NCBI GenBank assembly: GCA_026134085.1
Contig: JAOQIN010000001.1
Location: forward strand, 21,344-85,343
Reading direction: 5' to 3'
Length of the DNA stretch: 64,000 nucleotides
Source: Candidatus Methanoxibalbensis ujae
GTDB taxonomy: Archaea > Halobacteriota > Syntropharchaeia > Alkanophagales > Methanospirareceae
Both the position numbers and the translations under genes were made by a program. This document shows positions 20,270-30,472 of this stretch, one piece after another. The notes below the pieces were generated by a model. It did no database searches. It saw only the letters and a list, made by a program, of their open reading frames with translations, and was not told the origin of the DNA. Position 1 is the first letter of the stretch, and the number at the start of each line of letters is the position of its first letter.

Positions 20270-22156
20270 ATGTGTGGGATAATAGGGTATATAGGCGAGG
20301 AGAATGCTGTTTATTTTCTGCTAAAAGGTCTTAAAAACCTTGAATATCGTGGTTACGATTCTGCGGGCATAGCTGTTCTGTCTGATGTGATAAAATGGAA
20401 GAAGGTTGCTGGCAGGGTTGAGGAACTGTGCAGCCGTGTGAACCCGAGAGAAATGAGCGGGCGCATAGGTATAGCTCACACGAGATGGGCGACGCACGGC
20501 GCTGTTACTGAGAGGAATGCGCACCCGCATTTTGATTGCACATTCAGTATAGCTGTTGTGCACAATGGCATCATAGAGAACCACCGGCATTTAAAGGAGA
20601 TTCTGCGTGAGAAGGGGCATAAGTTCAGCAGTGACACGGATTCTGAGGTGATTGCGCATCTGATAGAGGATGCGCTTCTTTTAAACAGGGATTTCGTGAG
20701 CGCGTGCATGCATGCTTTCTCATCGCTTGAAGGAAGTTTCGCCGCAATTGTGATGAAAGAGGGAGAGCATAAAATAGTTGGTGTGAGAAAGGACTCTCCG
20801 CTCGTCATCGGTGTCTCCGCGAGGGGCATATTCCTCGCATCCGACATACCTTCGTTTCTTGAGTGGACAAATCGCGTGATATATCTGCACAACTACGACA
20901 TGGTCGTCGTTGATGCTGATCCGGCACCGGATGCGTGCGGTGATGTGCGCAATGTGCGCGATATGTGCGATGTGCGCGATGTTAACAATCATTGCGGTGC
21001 CAGTCATTGCGGTGCGCTCAGTGCGCTGACGGAGAAGCATGCGAGCATCCGGATATATAATCTCAATGAGGGACTCGTTCAAAGACCTGTTGATTCTGTG
21101 GAGGTGGACATAGAACAGGCGAAAAAAGGAGAATTCAGGCATTTCATGCTGAAGGAGATAACAGAACAGGCGGACACAATAAAAAAAGCGATACAACAGG
21201 ATGAGGAAACTGTGAAGAATGTGATTGATGCCATAAAAAACGCGTTCGGTATATTTTTCATTGGATGTGGCTCAAGTTATCACGCATGTCTCGCCGGCAG
21301 TTATCTGTTTTCTCGCATTGCAAAGACGCATGTTAACGCAGTTCTCGCATCTGAATTTGAGAATTATGAGCATTTCCTCACAGATAAAACGCTTGTTTTT
21401 GCTGTATCGCAGTCTGGAGAGACGGCAGATGTGCTTGATGCTGTGCGTGTTGCGAGAGACAGGGGGAGCAGGGTGATAAGCATTGTGAATATGATGGGAT
21501 GCTCGCTCACGAGGGAAAGCGATGAATGCCTGTTGATGAACGCGGGTCCTGAGATATGTGTTCTCTCAACAAAAACATACACATCGCAGGTGACTTTGAT
21601 GGCGATGCTCGCATATGCACTCGCTGGAAATTATGATGATTTTGTATCTGAGGTCAAGCGATTGTATCTTGACATTTACAATCTCACCTCAAGAACTATG
21701 AGGGAGCGTCTGTGTGAAGTGGCGAAGATGCTCGCTGACAAAGAGCATATATATCTGATAGGCAGAGGTCTGCAGTATGCCACAGCGCTTGAGGCTGCTC
21801 TCAAAATAAAGGAGGTCTCATACATACATGCGGAGGCGTTTGCAGGTGGCGAGCTGAAACACGGACCCCTCGCTTTGATAGATAAGGGAACTCCCTGCAT
21901 AGTTTTCGTTTCAAAGGACAACGCCTCAAAAATAATCTCAAACGCGGAGGAAGTAAGAGCGAGGGGAGGATACATAATTGGAATATCTTCAGTGAATTAT
22001 GACTTTGACTGCTGGATAAAAGTGCCGGACAGTGATATGCTCAACCCCGTTGTTCAGATAATACCCGTCCAGATACTCGCTTATCAACTTGCACTGCTGC
22101 GCGGACTCGACCCGGATAAGCCGAGAAACCTCGCCAAAAGCGTGACAGTTACCTGA
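20270..22156 (+). CDS. glmS: Glutamine--fructose-6-phosphate aminotransferase
   Basis: MCGIIG, EYRGYDSAG, HTRWATHG, SQSGETAD, ELKHGP, PRNLAKSVTV. Confidence 0.97.
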   Translation: MCGIIGYIGEENAVYFLLKGLKNLEYRGYDSAGIAVLSDVIKWKKVAGRVEELCSRVNPREMSGRIGIAHTRWATHGAVTERNAHPHFDCTFSIAVVHNGIIENHRHLKEILREKGHKFSSDTDSEVIAHLIEDALLLNRDFVSACMHAFSSLEGSFAAIVMKEGEHKIVGVRKDSPLVIGVSARGIFLASDIPSFLEWTNRVIYLHNYDMVVVDADPAPDACGDVRNVRDMCDVRDVNNHCGASHCGALSALTEKHASIRIYNLNEGLVQRPVDSVEVDIEQAKKGEFRHFMLKEITEQADTIKKAIQQDEETVKNVIDAIKNAFGIFFIGCGSSYHACLAGSYLFSRIAKTHVNAVLASEFENYEHFLTDKTLVFAVSQSGETADVLDAVRVARDRGSRVISIVNMMGCSLTRESDECLLMNAGPEICVLSTKTYTSQVTLMAMLAYALAGNYDDFVSEVKRLYLDIYNLTSRTMRERLCEVAKMLADKEHIYLIGRGLQYATALEAALKIKEVSYIHAEAFAGGELKHGPLALIDKGTPCIVFVSKDNASKIISNAEEVRARGGYIIGISSVNYDFDCWIKVPDSDMLNPVVQIIPVQILAYQLALLRGLDPDKPRNLAKSVTVT

Positions 22157-22317
22157 CCCGTCATCCTGTTTTCTCTCTTCCTCTGTTTTCCTTTTTCTCA
22201 TGTCTCATGTCATCGACTGACTCTGATGACTCAGCTGATTCTGATGACTCAGGAGAGTTCTATCACTTTCACTGGCGAAGCGTTATGCTTTTATTTTTTT
22301 CAGATTTTATTTTTGGC

Positions 22318-22872
22318 ATGGGTGATGGCAGACTCAATATGACCGTGCTCGGTGAAAAATTGCGAGCGAACACAGAGGCTGTGAAGTTTGTCATAAAATT
22401 CGTTTCAATCATTATTGCGTTTTACACAGCATATTATCTGCTCTCAGCGGGCGAATCTCAGTTTATGTCGTCGCTCAAAAGCATTACAGCATCCATTACT
22501 GCTGCTGTCCTGTCTCTTTTCGGCATAAATACGAGTGTAACAGGAGCGCTTATCAGTGTGGATGGATTCTCGCTTGAGATCATAGATGAATGCACAGCGA
22601 TTTTCTCATCAATAGTGTATTCAGCATGCGTCATAGCATATCCAACATCATGGAGGAAAAGATGCATAGGAATCGCCATCGGCATACCATCCCTTTATGC
22701 ACTCAACATCACGAGACTCGTGATCCTGACGATGGTGGGCATACACAGTCTGAGCGCATTTGACTTCCTGCATGTCTACCTCTGGCAGGCATCCTTCATA
22801 ATATTTGTTGTTCTCATGTTCATGCTGTGGCTCATGTTCGTCGTGCAACATCGCAACGGAGACAGGGAGTGA
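22318..22872 (+). CDS. Exosortase/archaeosortase family transpeptidase
   Basis: Multi-TM; catalytic-triad pattern Cys (IIDECTA), Arg (NITR), His (FLHVY); start uncertain. Confidence 0.85.
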   Translation: MGDGRLNMTVLGEKLRANTEAVKFVIKFVSIIIAFYTAYYLLSAGESQFMSSLKSITASITAAVLSLFGINTSVTGALISVDGFSLEIIDECTAIFSSIVYSACVIAYPTSWRKRCIGIAIGIPSLYALNITRLVILTMVGIHSLSAFDFLHVYLWQASFIIFVVLMFMLWLMFVVQHRNGDRE

Positions 22873-22933
22873 GAATGAGAGTGAGAATGAATGAGAATGA
22901 AAACAAAAACAAAAAAAAGAGAGGGAGCGAGAA

Positions 22934-23566
22934 ATGGAAATAAGAATGGAAGCTCAAGCATTGAAAGATGCTGCGAAGTTCCTCATTTTTTTCTTATGCG
23001 CATCTGCAGCACTTCTGTCGCTCTGGTGGTTTGCAGGCAGGTTTTATCAGGATATCGTTTTCATATGCGGAAAGCATATACTGCTTGCGATGGGATACAC
23101 GCACGCTCAGATATACGCTGTGAGGTTGCGGGAAGCATATCTCACGAACTTCAACATTGTTGCACTGCTCTCACTCGCGATTGCAACGCCATCTCTTCGC
23201 ATCCGCGAGCGATTCAAAATGCTTGCTTACGGCATACCTCTCCTCTTCACAATACATCTCACGGACTTTGTCGCTCATTTCCCCGCTGTCATACACAATG
23301 ATGAGTTTGCGAAGTTCATTGTTCTCTCCATAGGTGTTGTCGGCATGGCAGCGCCCTTTGTGGTCTGGTTCTGCATATCTTATGATGCGCTGTTCAAACC
23401 ACTGCTTGCACATCGTACTGCTGTTTATCAATGCCCCGTCTGCAATATGGAAACACACGATATCATCGCCCATATAGTAGAGGCGCACGGTAAAAAGGCT
23501 ATTAAAAGCAGAAAAGTGCGGGAATTCCTCAAAAAACATCCTGAACTGAACTCATCAAAAAGGTAA
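22934..23566 (+). CDS. Exosortase-associated membrane protein with C-terminal C2H2-type zinc finger
   Basis: Four to five TM segments (LAIATP..R.RFKMLAYG) then YQCPVC-x8-HIVEAH. Confidence 0.65.
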   Translation: MEIRMEAQALKDAAKFLIFFLCASAALLSLWWFAGRFYQDIVFICGKHILLAMGYTHAQIYAVRLREAYLTNFNIVALLSLAIATPSLRIRERFKMLAYGIPLLFTIHLTDFVAHFPAVIHNDEFAKFIVLSIGVVGMAAPFVVWFCISYDALFKPLLAHRTAVYQCPVCNMETHDIIAHIVEAHGKKAIKSRKVREFLKKHPELNSSKR

Positions 23567-23728
23567 TCCTCTTTCCATCTCATATATATACGATTTTCTC
23601 CATCAATTGTTTCAAATTTGTTGCAAATATGTGAAATTTTTATTTATGTTTATTGAAATATTGCTGACAACATTGGTTGAGTTTAAATACCCCATCGGAG
23701 TTTTAAGTTTTTGGAGGTGATGCAGATA

Positions 23729-25678
23729 ATGAAATATCGTGTGGTATTGCTTATCGCCGCGGTGATCACGTTCTCCGCAACCGCAATCGCAACAATGAGC
23801 GGCAGTTCAGTGGAGCCGATGAGTCATTCTTCAGACTCAACTTTCAATCCAAGCACTGTGGGAGCGGATATGACTGTAAACATTGCATTGAACGTATCCA
23901 ACAGCGGTAATGACAGTATAACTGTGGTCTATCTCTACGAGTCCTATCCTTATGATAACTTCGATAATTTGAGCTATCTGACACCACCGGATGGCTGGAC
24001 AGCCTCAAAGGCAGTTTCGGGAGGTCAGGAGTATATAAAATGGGAGAGCACAAATGAATCGCAGTATAATATACCTGCGGAAGAAAGTTTGCAGTTCAGC
24101 TTCTCGGTGAAAACGCCTGCTTCAGGAGGCACATACACATGGAGTGTCAGGACATATGATAATGCAGGAGGCTATTTTGACGACACTGTTGGTCTTGAGG
24201 TGGATGCCACTCCTCCGCAGATCGGCAATATAACGCCGAACAAATCAGCGCCTGTTTACACGAAATATTGCGAAGAGATATGGGTGAACTTCACAACGGA
24301 CAGCTCTGCGGAGAACAACCCATATAACATCACGATATACAGAGATGGGGACATTGCGAACATCACTTCAGGAACAAATATAACAGAGGATGCCGCAGCA
24401 CACACGGACGGCAGATGGAGCTTCCTCATACACATAGACACGAATGAAAGCTGCAACTACACCGTGCGTGTTACGGTTGAGGATGAGTATGGAAACAGGA
24501 ACACCTCTGAAGAAACAGATGCGGTTATCATAGACAATGAGGCGCCCTCAGTGGACATAACATCGCCGACGGAATCGTCACCATACATATTGCCCGTAAC
24601 GGAGGACAATGTCTCAGTCAGCTTTGATGTGTCTGATAACAAGCCATTCGCACTGCAGTTTTACAACATTTCAGTTGGCGATGTCTGGTGCAACGGCACA
24701 CTTCCATCGCAGAACACCTCAATGAATGTCTCATGCGACATATCATCACTGTCGGAGGGCTGGCATGACATCACCGTATATGTGAGCGACAAATCTGGAA
24801 ATGAAGCAAGCGATACTGAGGTCAATGCAGTTTTGGTTGATAAAACAGCGCCCTCGCAGGTCACAGATCTGACAGTGGAATACAATGAGACCTCAGGATG
24901 TATTGACCTGAGCTGGAGTGCTGCAAATGATGCTCTGAGCGGCGTTGCATATTATCGTATATACAGAAATGACACAAAATGCTCAAACCTACCAGGAGAC
25001 CTTGTTGCTGTTGTGGATGCCAGCGATACATCGTGGACAGATGAAGCCTTCCTTGAGGATGGGCAGACATATTATTATGTGGTGACTGCGGTTGACAGTG
25101 CCGGAAACGAGAACAAATCAATAACAGGCGAGAACTGCGGCAGCGCTACATACACAGCGAAATATTACTCAATATCACTGACCAAAGGATGGAACCTCAT
25201 ATCACTGCCGCTTATTCCTGAAAACGAGTCCATAGACAGCGTTCTCGCAGATTGCATGGATGAGATAGACAGTGTGCATGCATATGATGCCCGGAACGGG
25301 ACATGGCTTACCTGGAGACCCTACTTTGGCGGCACGCTTACGACTATGACAACAGGAAAGGGATACTGGATATTTATGGATGATGCCTGCACATTCAGAT
25401 ACAGAGGCTATTACCTGAATCCTGGAGCGCTGCCACCGTCATATGAGGTTGTGGAGGGATGGAACCTCATCGGATTCCACTCATTGCGCACAAATGTCAC
25501 ACCGGCGCAATATCTTGAAGGGGTCCGCTACACAGAACCTCTCTACGGTTATGAGGATGGCAGATGGATACTGTATTGCAATGGTCTATACTGCGACAGG
25601 AATTTCATGGATATAGGCAAGGGCTACTGGGTTTATGTCACCCAACCGGGCACAATCGTGCCGCACGAAGAGCGGTGA
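23729..25678 (+). CDS. Secreted cell-surface protein with Ig-like/FN3 repeats
   Basis: Signal peptide; DxTPP/DNEAP/DKTAP Ig linkers; YYYVVTAVDSAGNE; duplicated GWNLI domain; many NxS/T sequons. Confidence 0.85.
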   Translation: MKYRVVLLIAAVITFSATAIATMSGSSVEPMSHSSDSTFNPSTVGADMTVNIALNVSNSGNDSITVVYLYESYPYDNFDNLSYLTPPDGWTASKAVSGGQEYIKWESTNESQYNIPAEESLQFSFSVKTPASGGTYTWSVRTYDNAGGYFDDTVGLEVDATPPQIGNITPNKSAPVYTKYCEEIWVNFTTDSSAENNPYNITIYRDGDIANITSGTNITEDAAAHTDGRWSFLIHIDTNESCNYTVRVTVEDEYGNRNTSEETDAVIIDNEAPSVDITSPTESSPYILPVTEDNVSVSFDVSDNKPFALQFYNISVGDVWCNGTLPSQNTSMNVSCDISSLSEGWHDITVYVSDKSGNEASDTEVNAVLVDKTAPSQVTDLTVEYNETSGCIDLSWSAANDALSGVAYYRIYRNDTKCSNLPGDLVAVVDASDTSWTDEAFLEDGQTYYYVVTAVDSAGNENKSITGENCGSATYTAKYYSISLTKGWNLISLPLIPENESIDSVLADCMDEIDSVHAYDARNGTWLTWRPYFGGTLTTMTTGKGYWIFMDDACTFRYRGYYLNPGALPPSYEVVEGWNLIGFHSLRTNVTPAQYLEGVRYTEPLYGYEDGRWILYCNGLYCDRNFMDIGKGYWVYVTQPGTIVPHEER

Positions 25679-25689
25679 ATGTGTATGAT

Positions 25690-25735
25690 TTGATTTCCTT
25701 TTTTTCTTTTTTGTTTTTGTTTTTTTTCTTTTTTG
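25690..25735 (+). terminator. Oligo-T tract, probable archaeal intrinsic terminator
   Basis: Long T runs immediately after the stop codon. Confidence 0.5.
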
Positions 25736-25800
25736 GGCTCGTGTAGGTGTCGGTGTCGGTGAGCTGGCGTGAAGAAATGAAGCGGAGGAGGTGTATATGA

Positions 25801-26868
25801 ATGAGATTGTATGTATTTGCAGCAGTTCTGTTATTTACCTGTGCAGTGTGCGGACAGCCATCACCACCTTGTGATGCAGTTTTCTGGGGAAATGTCACGA
25901 TAAACGGCAGTATCGCCCCTAATGGAACAATCGCTTCGGCATGGATAAATAATGTGATGATGGACAGTTGCGAAACGGAGAATTGGAAGGGGACCGCGTA
26001 TGGAAAGGTGTATAATTACAAGCTGCATGTTGGAGGAAAAAGCGGCGACATCGTTGAGTTCAAGATATACAACGCGACTGTTCACACAGACACGCTTGAC
26101 TGTGGAGAGACAACAAATCTCGACCTGCATCTCTGGGATGAGGATGTGGATGAAAGCGCACAGATCTCAATAAACTACACAGAAGGCAAAGCCAACCTGA
26201 CAGTTGAGTGGACAGCAGGACGTGACACGACCGGCATCTCGCATTATGAATTGTGGCGCAGATATGAGAGCGAAAATTTCACACTCGTCGCAAGGTTGAA
26301 CGCAACAGATAGGGAATACACAGATACAAACCTCCTCTCAGGTAACTACACATATAAACTCTGCACTGTTGACTTCGTGGGCAACAAGAACTGCACAGAG
26401 GCAAATGTAACCGTCGTTGGTGGAGTGGAGGGAGGAAAAATTATCGGGAGCGTGACATACACATGCAATAACACGGGCATTCCGAATGTGAGTGTGTCGC
26501 TTATGAGAGACGGGGAGATAATAAGAGACACGAAAACGAACGAAACGGGACAGTTCTTATTTGAGGACCTTAGTGAGGGCAATTACTCAATAAAAGTGTC
26601 AAAACCTCACTTCTTTGATAATGAAACTGATGTCTCCTTGATCGCAGGAGATGAATCCGACATATCATTGAGGATGTGGATCAAAGGAGATCTCAACAAC
26701 AACGGCAGAAGCGCTGATGCAGGTGATGTATCCCTCATGCTCAAGGGCTCAGTTCTCATTATAGAGCCGGACTGGAGATATGACCTGAACAACAACGGAA
26801 AACTCGCAGATGCAGGTGATGTCCTCCTGATCCTGAAGGCTTCCGTCGGTTATATAGAGCTGATATAA
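25801..26868 (+). CDS. Secreted protein: FN3 + carboxypeptidase-regulatory-like + C-terminal dockerin-like domain
   Basis: Signal peptide; duplicated (G/Y)DLNNNGxxADAGDV calcium-binding repeat at C-terminus. Confidence 0.82.
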   Translation: MRLYVFAAVLLFTCAVCGQPSPPCDAVFWGNVTINGSIAPNGTIASAWINNVMMDSCETENWKGTAYGKVYNYKLHVGGKSGDIVEFKIYNATVHTDTLDCGETTNLDLHLWDEDVDESAQISINYTEGKANLTVEWTAGRDTTGISHYELWRRYESENFTLVARLNATDREYTDTNLLSGNYTYKLCTVDFVGNKNCTEANVTVVGGVEGGKIIGSVTYTCNNTGIPNVSVSLMRDGEIIRDTKTNETGQFLFEDLSEGNYSIKVSKPHFFDNETDVSLIAGDESDISLRMWIKGDLNNNGRSADAGDVSLMLKGSVLIIEPDWRYDLNNNGKLADAGDVLLILKASVGYIELI

Positions 26869-27554
26869 CTCCCCCTCCTCTAACCTTCTTTTTCTTTATG
26901 TTTCAATAAACACAATAAAATCAAAAATTATTCCTCTCCTCATCCCCTCATCATTTTCTCATTCCTGAAGTTTTTCTCATTCCTGAAGTTAAAAGCAGCT
27001 AAAAGCAAAAAACGGATACTGACCAAAGGGACTGAAACAGGATTAGAGAATGCTTCACGGAGATGCCGTATTCGTGGGCGCGTCGGCTTGAAAAAATAGA
27101 TGGCTTAAAAAATCTGAAGTTGTGAGACTGGACGCTCTTGACATATCACGAAGTTTTACAATGTGCTGGAGCATGCAGAATGGGTTAAAGTGCAACATCC
27201 GTGTTCTCATATTCGGACCAGCAGTGCGAGTTCCTGTTCAGCTCATATTAACGCGCGAGGTGCTGCGGAAGCAACTGCTCCACGCTCGTTCGAGTGCTGT
27301 ATTTCTTCTGAGAGGAGTGAGACTTTTTTCGCACAGACTTTTTTCGCACAAAAAGAAAACGTGCAAAAAGAAAAATCAGTCAGCAAAATCATGCCTTTAA
27401 CCTCCAGTTTTGCGAAATCCTCTTTTTTCATACCCGGCCCCCCACCGTCTTTTGTCGTTCATAATTTTTATGAAAAATTCTCAAATAGTTTTTTTATATC
27501 TCTCGCTTTTAGAGAGCAGGGAGAAACATCAGTGATAAAAAAAAGGGAGGAATT

Positions 27555-28649
27555 ATGGCAGACAAAAGAAGTTTCCCGGTATGCTGCTATTGTGGTGCGT
27601 GTGCTGCGTTCATAGATTTCAAGAAGTATAAGGAGGAGGAAGTGGTGTTTGACAAGGGCTGTGGCGGCATGGTGTCAAAAGGCTTCTGTTTCAGCTTCTG
27701 TCCTCGCTCATTCGCAGTTTGCCGTTTATGTGAGGGGGAGTGCCCGAGGATGGACGTATGTGATTTCAGCCCTCTCCCCTCCCGGCATGAAGAGCGAGTT
27801 CTTGGATACTATAAAGAAATGATATGTGCAAGGGCAGCGGACGGGAGGACGAGAGAGGTGGGACAGGATGGAAGTGCCGTAACTGCAATGCTATGTGAGG
27901 CGTTGAGAAGTGGATTTATAGATGCTGCCGTTGTCGCTGTGCGGACAGAGGACTGGAAAGCCGAACCTTTCATCGCCACCACACCGGAAGAGGTTTTGCG
28001 CGGCGGAGGTTCAAAATACACAGCATGCCCTTCTGTTCTTGGTGTATGGGAGGCGATAGACCGCGGCTATGAAAATATCGCAATGGTCGGCACGGGCTGT
28101 AATATAGAGGCGGTGAGAAGACTTCAGGCGTTGCATGACCCTGCTTTAGAGCTTGACAGAGTGAAAGTCCTGATCGGGCTTTTCTGCACTGAGGCTTTCT
28201 GGCACCGTGATCTGGTGGTGTTCCTCGCTGAACGGGGAATAGATATCAAAGAGGTGGAGAGGTTTTATGTTTCAAAGGGGAGATTCATTGTGGTTACAAA
28301 GGACAGAGAGCTCAGTATTCCCACCGAAGAACTGGAATCCTGCGTGCGTGCGACATGCAAAATATGTGAGGATTTCACCGCACAGCTTGCGGATGTTTCA
28401 GCAGGCTCTTCCGGTTCGCCGGAAGGATACACTTCATTGATAATAAGGACAAGAGCTGGAGAGGAGCTCGTAAGTGTCTCAAAAAAGGCAATAGAAACGA
28501 AGAAACTGGATGATGCCGGTATAAAAAAGATAGAAAGGCTTGCTTTTAATAAGAAGATGAGGAATTACGGCAGGATACTGGATCAGATGGGGATCTGTTC
28601 CGCGTGCTTAACCAATCCGTATTCTTTTACGTTGCAAACAGGTGATTGA
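27555..28649 (+). CDS. Coenzyme F420-binding FrhB/FdhB-family protein
   Basis: CCYCGAC, GQDGSAVT, GSKY, VGTGC, IGLFC, CKICEDFTAQLADVSAG. Confidence 0.9.
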   Translation: MADKRSFPVCCYCGACAAFIDFKKYKEEEVVFDKGCGGMVSKGFCFSFCPRSFAVCRLCEGECPRMDVCDFSPLPSRHEERVLGYYKEMICARAADGRTREVGQDGSAVTAMLCEALRSGFIDAAVVAVRTEDWKAEPFIATTPEEVLRGGGSKYTACPSVLGVWEAIDRGYENIAMVGTGCNIEAVRRLQALHDPALELDRVKVLIGLFCTEAFWHRDLVVFLAERGIDIKEVERFYVSKGRFIVVTKDRELSIPTEELESCVRATCKICEDFTAQLADVSAGSSGSPEGYTSLIIRTRAGEELVSVSKKAIETKKLDDAGIKKIERLAFNKKMRNYGRILDQMGICSACLTNPYSFTLQTGD

Positions 28650-28650
28650 A

Positions 28651-30255
28651 ATGGCAGATATATATGCGAATGCGAGGTCCACCACGGGAACATCCGTGAG
28701 AAGGAGAGATGTGAATGCGCTGAGCGGGATGTGTCCGATATGCGTGAAGGAGTGCGAGGTGCTCTGCGAAATTGGAAAGAGTGCGTTCAGGGGAAGAGAA
28801 GTATTGTATCCGGAGCCAGAGCAATTTGGATGGAGTACTGCTGCGTCGAACAAGGATTACGGACTCGATTGGTCCGACTTCAACATACTGTCAAGGTTGC
28901 GTGGCGCCGAGGGGATAGAGGAGAACCCTGATGTCGCACTTTTCCACAATGTGAACATTGAATCAAATATAGGAGGAATTCCGCTGAAAATACCTGTTGC
29001 AATAGGAGCATTCGGCTCAACAGATGTCGCAAAGAACAACTGGGAAGCGCTTGCGATTGGCGCAGCTCTCTCAGGAATAATCATTATCATAGGAGAGAAT
29101 GTATGTGGTGTCGACAGAAATTCAGTTTTCACTGATGGAAAGGTTGAGAGATCGCCTGAAATGGAGCGCAGGGTGAAATTATTCAGGGACTATTGGGATG
29201 GAAAATATGGAGATGTGGCAGTTCAGACAAATGTGGAGGATCAGAGATTTGGTGTTGACGAATATGTGGTGTCAAAGCTTGAGGTCAACATTGTTGAGCG
29301 TAAATGGGGACAGGGTGCAAAGGCAATAGGCGGGGAAATAAGAATTTCATCACTTGAAAGGGCGATTGAACTGAAGAAGCGTGGCTATTTAGTGTTGCCC
29401 GATCCTGAGGACCCTGTTGTGCAGAATGCATTCAGAGAAGGTCTTTTCAGGACATTTGAGAGGCATAGCAGGGTTGGATTTCCGAAAGAGGATTTTGTTG
29501 AAGATGTTGAGTGGCTGCGCAGCATAGGTGCGAAGTATGTGACAATAAAAACAGGTGCTTACCGCCCTGTTGATGTCGCATGGACAATGAAAATGGCATC
29601 AGAAGCCAGGGTTGACTACATCACATTTGACGGCGCAGGCGGCGGCACTGGAATGTCACCGGTTCCCATGATGAATGAGATGAGCACTCCCACAGTATAT
29701 TTAGAAGCGCAAATACTGAAATGCGCTCGCATTCTTGATAAAGCAGGGAGATATGTGCCTGATATAAGCATGGCGGGCGGTTTCATAAACGAAACGCAGA
29801 TATTCAAGGCGATAGCACTCAGTAATTTCAACGGAAACAACGGCAGAGGACCATATGTGAAAACGATAACAATGGCAAGATCCCCTCTGACGGCAGCGAT
29901 GAAGTCCCTTTACTTCTGTGAACTCGCGGAGAAGGGAAAATTGCCGCGAAATTTCGCATCCCTGTACGGAAATTCGCCTGAGAGGTTCTTCATAGCTGCT
30001 GAAGCGCTCAAAGCAAAATACGGAGATAAAGTGGGCGGAGAAATACCATGGTCGGCTGTCGGCGTTTACACCTATCTCTATGAACGCATAGGAATAGGAT
30101 TGAAACAGCTGCTCGCAGGAACAAGGAAATTCAAGCTTGAACTCATAGACAGAAGCGACATCGCAGCACTGACCAGAATAGCATCAGAAGTCACAGAAAT
30201 ACCGATGATACATGAGGTAGAAGCAGATCTGTTTGAAGAAATATTGCTGTCATAG
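28651..30255 (+). CDS. FMN-binding glutamate synthase domain protein (archaeal GltB2-like)
   Basis: KWGQGAKAIGGE, TIKTG, DGAGGGTG, AGG motifs; N-terminal CPICxxxCxxLCE. Confidence 0.9.
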   Translation: MADIYANARSTTGTSVRRRDVNALSGMCPICVKECEVLCEIGKSAFRGREVLYPEPEQFGWSTAASNKDYGLDWSDFNILSRLRGAEGIEENPDVALFHNVNIESNIGGIPLKIPVAIGAFGSTDVAKNNWEALAIGAALSGIIIIIGENVCGVDRNSVFTDGKVERSPEMERRVKLFRDYWDGKYGDVAVQTNVEDQRFGVDEYVVSKLEVNIVERKWGQGAKAIGGEIRISSLERAIELKKRGYLVLPDPEDPVVQNAFREGLFRTFERHSRVGFPKEDFVEDVEWLRSIGAKYVTIKTGAYRPVDVAWTMKMASEARVDYITFDGAGGGTGMSPVPMMNEMSTPTVYLEAQILKCARILDKAGRYVPDISMAGGFINETQIFKAIALSNFNGNNGRGPYVKTITMARSPLTAAMKSLYFCELAEKGKLPRNFASLYGNSPERFFIAAEALKAKYGDKVGGEIPWSAVGVYTYLYERIGIGLKQLLAGTRKFKLELIDRSDIAALTRIASEVTEIPMIHEVEADLFEEILLS

Positions 30256-30261
30256 GCTCTT

Positions 30262-30380
30262 CTCCATTTTCTTCTTTCTTTTTTGTTTCTTTTTGTTTTG
30301 TTTTGTTTTGTTTTTTCTTTTTTTTTTTGTTCTGTTCTGTTTCTTTGTCTTGTTTTATTTCGTCCTGTCCTGTTTCGTTT
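30262..30380 (+). terminator. Long T-rich tract between convergent genes
   Basis: About 120 nt of T-rich low-complexity sequence directly after the stop codon. Confidence 0.5.
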
Positions 30381-30472
30381 TGATTCGGTGAATTTGATTC
30401 GGTGAATAATTCAGTAAAATTCAAACGGCAAATCAGCATGAGCACCCCGCCTACAGAATTGGAAGAACAGCG

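Noticed and set aside
20911-21050. Intein in GlmS
   Set aside because: Too short and lacks N-terminal Cys/Ser block and C-terminal His-Asn splice motif.
26870-27550. ORFs of 62-150 aa in the spacer before the FrhB gene
   Set aside because: No recognisable motifs; contain tandem duplications; may be relic DNA but cannot be assigned.
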